Assembly: GCA_025201805.1 (NCBI GenBank)
Contig: MU619417.1
Location: forward strand, 1 to 46,878
DNA: 46,878 bases
Reading direction: 5' to 3'
Source: Parasitella parasitica NRRL 2501
Taxonomy: Eukaryota; Fungi; Mucoromycota
This document shows positions 37,960 through 46,878 of this stretch, one piece after another (within the stretch, counting starts at the first letter, position 1; every line of letters begins with the position of its first letter). The position numbers and the translations under genes are program-made. A model generated the notes under the pieces. That model saw nothing but the letters and a program-made list of their open reading frames with translations. It did no database searches and was not told where the DNA came from.

Positions 37960-38173
37960 GTTGTCCTTCTGTCAAACGATAAAGAGAAAGATTGCTGTTA
38001 CAACGATCCAACACCTTGAATACCCGAACTTCCCGCACATGGGTTGTACCAGTGTTTACTGTGAATATGGCTTTGTCCGACCTGCACAGTTTAGTTCAAA
38101 TAGTCACGGAGTATGAAGAATCGGTTTCAAGCAACATTGAACAAGACCCTCTCTTCCCAATTTGAAACTAAAC

Positions 38174-40923
38174 ATGTCATCTTCTGGTTTGATAGCAGCA
38201 AGAAAGAGACTCGAAAACGCTTTAAAAAGATATGATATACCTACTGAATCTGAGCCTAAGCAAGTCAGCAAATGCGAAGAGTAACGTATAGCCTACATGA
38301 TTGGCATCACATTATACTAATACTGAACTTTAGTGGTGTATTGTTACTATCCTTGTTGCAATCTCGACTTAATTGGACAAATGCAACATTTGCACGGTAC
38401 AAGACCGATCCAATACAGCAACCAAAAAGAACCAGCAATACACGTAGAAAATGGCCCAACATGAAGTATTTAGGTACCTGCACTTTGCAATTGGGTGCAC
38501 ATCTGTACGAAAACACCAATTTTTTCGAAGCCACCAGATCAGATTCATGGAAAGATATTGCCATCAAACAAGGGCTGATGAAGCCACCAATAATACCAGT
38601 TGCAGATGTAACAAAAGATAATAAACTAGAGTCTGATCCTATGCCAGATCTTGTAACGACAGAAACAGAGAAGAATGCACCCATCGCACCAAAAGAGGCG
38701 CAAGATGTTGTAATGGAAGAAGCTGATAAACCTGTAAATACCGTGTCTGAGCAAAATACCACCACAGAAGTAGAAAAGAGAAAGCCCACAGAACAAACAC
38801 AAATACAAGCTGAACCGAATACCAAAGAAGATCCAGTTCTAGAGACACAGACAAATGTAGGAAATACGAGTGCAGTTAGAGAGGTCCCCACAACAAACGT
38901 GGAATCACAATCTAGTACATCCTCAGAACCACAGCAGACAAATACATTCAACGTGACAGAAAGTGAATTACCACAACCACAACCACAACCACAACCACAA
39001 CCAGAGGAGGCTCCTGATGAGAAGTTGAAATTTGTGGATATAGTATTTGAATTGAAAGAATTTCCCAATGAACGATTTATATTTCCCAAGGAAGCGATTA
39101 TACAAACTACACTGACAGGACCAAATCCAGAAGATTGCTTGGTAATTTGGGGTGTAATAAAATTATAAAAAAAATACTGATTATCAATTTAGATCATCGC
39201 CTCTTTTGTACTGCCACTTGATCTAACACAAACAGAGGAATTCTTTCAGAAGCCTAAAGAGAAAATCTTAAAATACGGAGACACTTGTCAATTACCTTGT
39301 ATCAAAGACTACTATAATCAAAATACGACCCGCGAAACTCGAACTACGGCCGATACGTCTCTAACACTAGATTCTTATCAGCCTGTTAACATTCGTATGA
39401 CATGTGCCCACATCACAACTGCCAATGCTCTAAAAGAATATGTGCACAAAACTGAAATAGTTCGAAAGAACATGAAGGATAAGGTAATCTGACATAATAC
39501 TTTTACGCTTTGTTTTCTGTGCTAAAGCTTTTATCTATAGCTCAAATTCTTCCCCAAGAGAAAATTCTTGAAATTTGATGTTTCCGATGATCCAACTCGC
39601 CAGAATGAGATTCGAGAACTTATTAAAAGAGCTTCTGTTGCACTAGATATTTCTACAGGCCCCGTTCAAGCCGAAAAGAAACGAAACGAGATTCTCAATG
39701 CTATTCGTTTGGGCAAAAGAGAGCGAGACGAGAAATTTGAATCAGAATGTAAGTTGATATAACACTTGGAAGGAAAGGACATCTTCTCATTAACTTACGT
39801 ATGGTGTAAAGTGCCGAAACACAAATTGAATGCTAGAGACGATGGCTTTATGAAATGTGCTTACTGTAGCACTAAACAAACATCCATGTGGAGAGCTGGC
39901 CCCGGAGGACATGGTACTCTTTGTAATAGCTGTGGTATTCAATGGAATCGAGGCGAAATCTTGGTAGATGCGCCTGTTATAAGCAAAGAAGAGGAGAAAC
40001 GACTTTGGAAGGAAAGGAAGGAGAAAGAAAGGATAGCAGAAGCGTTGGAATTGGAAAAGGCTGAGAAAGAGGAAGAACGGCTCAAGAAGAAGATAAAACA
40101 TCATCATAGTGGTGGAAGCAGTAGCCATCACCAAGATTTTTCCTATAACAGTAGCACTTTCGCTGCCCAACTGCTTCAAAAAAGACACCTTCAAAAGCAA
40201 GCTAATTTACCTCCTGGAACTACCACTGTTGCTGTTGCTTCTACCTCTGCTGCCAGTGCCACCAATAACCCTCTCTCTGCAAATCCTTCTGTGGTTATTG
40301 CACAACAATCCAAACCCGAAGCTAAAAAGGCATTGCCATCAAAATCCAAAATGAATCAGGCAAAGGCAACTGAATCTAATGTGCCTACTACAACATCTGC
40401 ATCTCCTCTTCCATCTTCAACAGCGAACCATGCACCAGCCGTAATAATAGCTCAACAACCTGGACAGGCACAAGCACCACCGCAAACACAACAGCAAGCT
40501 GCTGCACCTGTACCCTTGTCACTGTATAGTCCTGCAGGCATCCCTCTCCCGACTTTATCCATTGACTTCGCTGGTCATTTGCAATTTGCTCATCCTAACT
40601 GCGGTATTACTTTACTCGATCGCCATTTTTCTGTGCGTCTATTCAAAGATGGCTGCGATCAAACGACAATTGAATTTGACAAAAAGGACTTAACAAACGC
40701 CATCTTTGAGGTTGTAACCGAAGGAGAAGCAGCCCTTAAACGCGAAGTGTTAAAGATGAAGATTGTGCCAGCAGATGTGAAGAAGATTGCGGCTTTTGGA
40801 AAAAATATGAAAATTGATAAAAAGCATGGTGTCAATATTAGGTTTTTGGAAAAGCTTGACCCTAGTGGTGGTGCTGTAGTGCAAAGAATTTTACAAAGAT
40901 GGCTTGTTACGGCCCCTCAATAA
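38174..40923 (+). CDS. Swc3-like chromatin protein carrying a GATA-type zinc finger, 5 exons
   Basis: GATA finger CAYC-x18-CNSC (WRAGPGG..TLCNSCG). N-terminal blocks GVLLLSLLQSRLNW...LGTCTLQLGAHLY and DIVFELKEFPNERFIFPKEAII resemble fungal Swc3 motifs (from memory). Introns at ~38281, 39142, 39484, 39749. Confidence 0.8.
38971..39003 (+). repeat. (CCACAA)n coding repeat (PQ repeat)
   Basis: Five CCACAA units encode PQPQPQPQPQP. Confidence 0.9.
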
Positions 40924-41368
40924 AGTACAATTGTCTTCTGGAGTGGGCGGATTTTATCATTTGACAATGCTTAAAGGGTACCGTTTCCTGTAAATAAGAG
41001 ACATCTGTAATACATATTCCGAGTACAAGTTCCGGAATCCTCTAGAATTGAGAATAAAACAATCGGATTTTTTCCACGGAGCAAAGGTTCATCAATTTGT
41101 CCGAAACCATTCAACCGTAGTAAGCTTCTCCATGCATTCTTTTATTTAATTTATCAGAGAATAATCATCATTTTACAAGTAGTTCTCGTCTTTCTCCTCA
41201 GCCAAGTATACAAGCGTCCAAATAAAAAAAAAAAGGGGGAGTGGGTGGGTTGATTCAACTTTTTTTCAGAATAAATACTGTATCCGTATATCAAGCTAAA
41301 TTCCGAAAGAAAAAACAGATGATTTTGGTTACTTTTTATTAAACAATTTATAAATGATAATGTCACCT

Positions 41369-41520
41369 ACTCAATAATATTAAAAGGTCAAAGTCAAAGA
41401 TGCAGCACTCGATTAATATTGAGCTATCCCCACGTTTTATATTTGTTTACTAACCTTCAAAGAGTATTGCCTCCATCGAAAGGCGAGCCCAGTACCTATT
41501 TTCTGTACAAAAAAGATAGG
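41369..41520 (-). ncRNA. Candidate omegaRNA scaffold at the 3' end of the Fanzor-like ORF
   Basis: Three consecutive hairpins on the minus strand: CCTAT..ATAGG (41520-41495, overlapping the stop), GCCTTTCGATGGAGGC (41484-41469), and GCTCAATATTAA...TTAATATTATTGAGT (41424-41369). Confidence 0.35.
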
Positions 41521-44500
41521 GCTAAATTGTTGAATTGTGTGCGCTTGGCAGTGGTGGGGTTTGGGTCGAAGCAGGGGAAAGTTACTCCAAACAAAAGGCA
41601 ACCAAGACCAGCAAGACCAATTGCAAGTGCTACTTGGTCCCGGCACATTGTCTTGAAAGCATTGGGGCATTCGGGATTTAAGCAAAGAAACGAACAGGCT
41701 GTTCGTTGTATTTTGCCATTGAGAGCAGCCACAGGATGAGAGAGCTTGTGGAAGCAGAAAACACACGTTTGTGTATAGCGGCCATGTCGCTGCTGTTTCC
41801 AGAACCCATCAAATTGTCTGTGTCCCTTGATGCGAGAGCCGAATCCATGTCCACGATCACCGACAAACATAATCGGCCTCTTTGCACAAGAACTCTTTCT
41901 CTCGTAAGCTGCTAGTCTGTCAAAGCCTTTTCTGTAAGAGAGTTCCAGCCGTCTTCTTCTTTTTGTCATGGATTGGTTGTACTAGAATGAGCGCAACAAT
42001 GCGCGCGCATTAGTGTGATGCGAATAGGCTTGCTCCAAACCATCAGCTGTTGAGCATTGATAAAGGCTATTTTTTCCAAGATCCATTTCCATCTCCAAAA
42101 CTGTATACCCGTCTTCTGTGGTCTTCTTTTTTCGACTCAACGAATTTGTAAAACTAGCCAAGCCGGTATCTTGATTAATTTGCTTGGAGCCCAAAGTGAG
42201 AGCGTGAGGTAGAGTCAAGTGTTTAAAAATATCAGCTTCATTTGTATTTGAACCATCAGCATTGTCTGCATCTTTGGTATCCTCTATAGGAGGCAAACAT
42301 ATTTAGAATCAGTTCCTTTAACTATATACATATGTGTTCAAAGGCATTGAGTTACATACACAAGATCTGAAACCTATTGTACAGCTTCAAGTGTGATGCG
42401 AAACAATCGATATCAAAAAACACTGTCTCGGTAGTCTTTATAATGCCATTATCCGTGCCACTGAACACGGCTGTTGTCATATCCATGTCTTCATCCAGCT
42501 TACATTCCTCTACCTTTCTACAGCATCCCTTGCTACCCACAGTGAAGGGCTTAAATGGTATTAGATTTTTCAAACAATCCACCAAAGGTTTTCCATATTC
42601 ATAAATCTTCCGCCGTAATGACGGAAGCATCTCCTTTGTATCTCGAATAGCTACCATTAATCTTCTCTTCCTTAACTTTACTGCTTCCACATTCTGATAG
42701 CGCTCGTCTTTTTCTTCAACTTTAGCCTTCCAAGTCTTCGTAAGATCAGAAGTTTTGTCCCTTTCTTGGGCATCTACGACTTTCTCATAACATTGTTTTT
42801 GTTCTTCAAAGTTGGTTCTCCAAGCTTTCTTGAGACCACGGACACTGTCGTTGTCTTGAAGAAACTGATACAGTTCGTTTGCGCGATCCCTGAGTGACTT
42901 ATCGAGCTCCTTCTTTTGAGCCTTCATAGCTCGTAACTGGTCGTCATCGGTATGATGGCTCAGCTTGCTTTTTGTTTCTGGGTTCCTGCGACTACACTTG
43001 AAATGTCCAATGCTGCCACACAATCTGACAGTCTTCGATCCTGGTAAGATGTGTATTCTATTTACGAACTCCATCCCATAGCTTGATGGCACGCTTTTCA
43101 GTTTGCCAATGTTAAAGAAACTGCTAAAGACGGCGTCTTTATGCTTTACGTAATTGCCTTAAAAGTCTCGAAGATACATCCGTTTTGAAAGTTTGCTCGA
43201 GCAGAAAAGTGCATACAGGGTCGTTGTGTCGATAAGAAGTGCATGCAAAGTAGTGGGTCTGACTATTGGAATAATTTAGCAACTTGGCCTTCATAGTCGA
43301 TTGAGCGCAGTAGTTGGTTTGCCATCAAGATGAACTTGAGTTGGCATGGAAGGAGATGATAAGTATCGCTTGATGCTATGTATGGCTGAATGAAGCTAGT
43401 AATTTTGATGATTGTTGCAAATTCTTGTGTGGTGATGTGTTCATCCTGATCTTGGAGGTATGCGTCTGTGATATCTTGCGTGGCAAACAATGCTGATCTT
43501 GCAATGTTGACTAACTGCCTGATTCTTTTTCTAGATACATTAGTATTGTTCCCTTTCTCGTAGTCCTCTCTATCATCAGTATCGCTTTCTTGGCGCTTTT
43601 CTTGCTGCTGCTGCTGCTGCTGCTGCTGATGTTTTGGATTTCTATCCCTTTCCGCTTGCTACATACATTCCGAGTTATGACACTATGTCTTCCTTTAAAA
43701 ACCAGACGACTCCTACCTCTCTACAAAGTACTTGCTCATATGTACCGATTTTCATCTGGCACATGTCTGCTGCCTCATGCTTTTCTTTCTCTTAATACTT
43801 GGCTTTTCGCTTCTTTTCATCGGAAAACAGTTTTTGTCTTCCATTTCTTGTCTTGATCAGCACTGAAATTTCTGCCATTGGGATACTGCAATTTGTCGCT
43901 CTTTGTCTGCCTTTATGGTTTTTTCGAAGCTTGGCCGATTGTCTTTCAGTCTTCTTCGTCTTGATAGCGTGGACTTAATTGGGAGATAAATGTACAAACA
44001 ACAAGAAGTTCAAGAGCTTTTTAAGTAGCTTGTTGACAATAGTATTCTCGGACCACACAATACGAAGATTCGTGTAATACTGTTGGCGAGCCATCTTCAT
44101 AACGTGGAAGGACAGATTTTGATGTGGGTTGGCTTCATCACGGCCCAAAACGTTTACAATTGCCTTGTGGAGAGGCGACTTTTTAAATTTAGACTCTTCA
44201 ATACCCATTTGACCATAGTATGTTGAGTGCATTTGTTCCAAATAGGGTTGTAGAAACAGCGATTGATAGTGAGCATTGAACTCGTCATTCTCGAGAGAGC
44301 TGGAATTTAATGGCTTTGGTACAGTGATATCTTCCTCTAAATACCCTTCTGGCAGTATTGACGCAATGCTGTTTCCACCATCGTAGACAAGTTCAATTTT
44401 GCCATCATTAGATTCAAATGTATACTCAGCAAACAACAGAGCGAATTTGAGAACCTGCTTGCTAAAGTCAGAGGTATAATAAGATACTTGCTACATGGTA

Positions 44501-45522
44501 GCACCGATTGTATTGATGAATAATGATCTGATGTCGTCTTTCAAGTCGTCTCTGAGCACTTGGCTCTAAGAAATTGAGCATGCGCGAAATTGCTCAGCGT
44601 CATCTTGAATCGCTCCATCATTGTCTTCATCTTCGCTATCTTCATTCTCTTTATAATCATTGCTACCATCATCCTTTTCTGGTAAATCCAAAGGGATTGG
44701 AAGTTCTTCTCAACAAATTCTGTCCAGTATTTACAATTCTTCTTTGGACTTCCAGCATTTTTATTCTGAGTATAAACGGTGCTCAACATCGTTGTGATTT
44801 TTCCAGGACTCTTCATTTTTGCTTCTGCTTCTTGCACTACACCTTTGGGTATTCTAGTACTTTTCAATAAAGAGATATACAGCTCATCATAGTCTCCATT
44901 CTTCTTTCTGCAATGTATAATTGAGGCTAAAAGACATATTCGAAATTGCAACTGCAGGGCATTCCAGTAGTCCGTTTTCTCTTTGGATGTCTGGACTTTG
45001 CTTCGAAGCCCACTGGATGGCTTTAGAAACGAAGCCGGAGGAATGATGGTAGTTGAGCCTGCAACATAACATTCTAACTGTCTTTTTTTGAATTTCATGT
45101 CTGGCGGCAGGCGTACAATAAAGCTAAGAAAAGAAAACTTGCTAGTTTTGGATGGGATGTCGCGTTTGCAACCTTTGTTGGCCCAAATTCTCAATTTATC
45201 AATCTCCCGTATCCCTAGCCTGCCAAAGCAAGCTGTAGCTGCGATTTCAGGAATCGCTGGCTTGTTTTCAATTTTTGGATTATGTCTCGTTGCTGTCTTG
45301 TCTTTAGTCGTCTATTTTGCTGATGTAACTGAAAACACATTGCAGTTAACAGGGAATTGTGGTGAGAATTTTGCCCAACTTCTTGATTATGATTGTTGTT
45401 GAGTGCATGCATCATGAAAGTAAATTGGCTGTTCAAGTGCTGATTTGTCCGCAAGACTCACGACTGATCTGACATTTGTCCTTCTTCATCATTAATAGCA
45501 GTAAGGCGTCTTTTGCAACCAT
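41496..45522 (-). pseudogene. Decayed large Fanzor (eukaryotic TnpB-like RuvC RNA-guided nuclease) gene, probably transposon-borne
   Basis: Colinear minus-strand fragments give FRACSIS*SQVLRDDL, QYYTNLRIVW, PIVRPTTLHALLIDTTTLYALF, FSSFFNIGK, RuvC-I VFSGTDNG (Asp 42453-42451), LRSF*YNQSMTKRRRRLEL, PIMFVGDRGHG..RIKGH, zinc finger CVFC...CLNPEC and RuvC-III RDQVALAI (Asp 41639-41637). Multiple stops and frameshifts. The 5' boundary is approximate. Confidence 0.8.
43603..43629. repeat. (CTG/CAG)n microsatellite inside the Fanzor relic
   Basis: About 9 TGC units. Confidence 0.9.
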
Positions 45523-46246
45523 TAAAAACGAATGACATAGATGATACGTTATTAACAAACAAAATAGTGGTTGATATGTATTGTTTTTTAATAGAATAAA
45601 TCGAAAATGTGAAGGTTTATATATGATTTCTAACTTCAGGGCTCTAATAATAACGAGATTTCGTGGCAAGTCAAGACTTAATTTTACTGTCTCAAATGCA
45701 GGGAAATATTCAGTTATTACCTTCTGAATTTGGACTAATATTTTTACTAATAGGTATAGAACATATGACTATCAAACTCGCAATGCTGCATAGTTTAAAG
45801 ATTCCATGTATAATATATATTAAAGCTAGAATTGAGTAGAGAAAGAGTTGCATTCATTTCTACTTTGGGGGTATAATTGTCCACGTTATTGATGCGTGCA
45901 AGTAATCGTCTTATACATTTTTGTTTATACATAATATATACAGCAACTGCACATATTGCAGTGCGGCACATACATTGCATACGTCAAATATTAAATGAAG
46001 CTACCTTTATTTCTGAATAAAACTAGATACAAAACTGGAAACTTTTCTAGACATAAAAGATATAAACTCTATTCATACTAAAACTTTATCTTGATCAATC
46101 TTCATCTACATAACTTGCTATAGGCCCATTTGCTATAAAATTAGCAAAATCTTGTTTTGGCAGTATCTCGATAGCAAAGCTAGATATTGAGATTTTAAAG
46201 ACGTAATATGACATACAATTATTTTACTAGATATGACGTCTTCTTA

Positions 46247-46337
46247 GTTTGGACCTCAAACCCGTACCTAAAAATGACCTTAAAGATCGACCCAAAGTTA
46301 AAAATTGAAAATTGAATGTGAGATTTGGGGTCCAAAC
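46247..46337. repeat. 14-bp inverted repeat pair (13/14 identity), 63-bp spacer
   Basis: GTTTGGACCTCAAA (46247-46260) and TTTGGGGTCCAAAC (46324-46337). Confidence 0.75.
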
Positions 46338-46878
46338 ATAGCAAAATCCGAAAAGTAGCCAGAGGTGAATGACACTCGGATATGTTGTAGAATGTTGGAA
46401 AACAAGAAGATTTAGGCTGAAAATTGTATCTCTGTCGCTAAGTAGTTTGCAATATTTCAGATTTGGTGGTAATTATTTCATCCAAAAATGAAGGTATACA
46501 AAATTGGTTTTTGAGCCCGCATTATACAATATCTCAGTTATCGATTCATATTAAGACATACCCAAGTTAACTTGTAGACTCATACTTTGCTCTTCAATCG
46601 AAAATAGTTATTGCACTCATTTACAACAACAAATTAAAAAGGCTGCAGATTGAATCTCAGCAATATGTTTTCATTTGACCCAAACCAATTTCGAGCTTTT
46701 TTCGCATAGTTCATTGCTAGATATCTCATAAACGCAATAAGTATACCGGATATGCGTACTAAGTGTTTCATAACAAAAATTTAATTCTGCATCTAATAAT
46801 ATAGATTACAAGGCTATAGCAACATATTTTCTTATTACCAATTTTCAAATATTCAAAAAACGCCCTTTTTGATAGTTT

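Noticed and set aside
38067-38165. 32-codon ORF just upstream of the Swc3-like ATG (possible uORF)
   Set aside because: It fills much of a 214-bp bidirectional promoter, so its ATG is probably upstream of the TSS; no evidence of translation.
38307-39089. 260-aa antisense ORF with a GCGCGC peptide repeat
   Set aside because: Shadow of the T/E/P/Q-rich sense exon and its CCACAA repeat.
42322-42359. Possible intron (GTATGT...TAG) inside the Fanzor relic
   Set aside because: Only 38 nt, and splicing does not restore the downstream frame; cannot be told apart from decay.

Overview
AT-rich eukaryotic genomic DNA with many 50-70 nt GT-AG introns. Protein style and gene structure point to a Mucorales (Mucor/Choanephora-like) fungus; this is an inference. 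The window has three zones. (1) 1-4.7 kb is gene-free. It holds a degenerate ~165-170 bp tandem repeat and a large diverged inverted repeat (arms ~2060-3024 and 3318-3725) with one near-perfect 55-bp block, a candidate centromere core or foldback element. (2) 5-41 kb is a compact run of about 16 mostly housekeeping genes: THOC7, an SDR, an ArAE/FUSC transporter, AIM24, DCN1, mL41, UFD2, CAB5, DHFR, NOP2, a SAM methyltransferase, RPL20, a Swc3-like/GATA-finger protein and several hypothetical proteins. Two convergent pairs have stop codons only 4-6 bp apart. (3) 41.5-45.5 kb is a decayed, unusually large (~1300-codon) Fanzor/TnpB-type RuvC RNA-guided nuclease gene on the minus strand. It is followed by a hairpin cluster (candidate omegaRNA) and a possible TA-flanked transposon end. 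Exon boundaries were read by eye and family assignments rest on remembered motifs; no searches were run.
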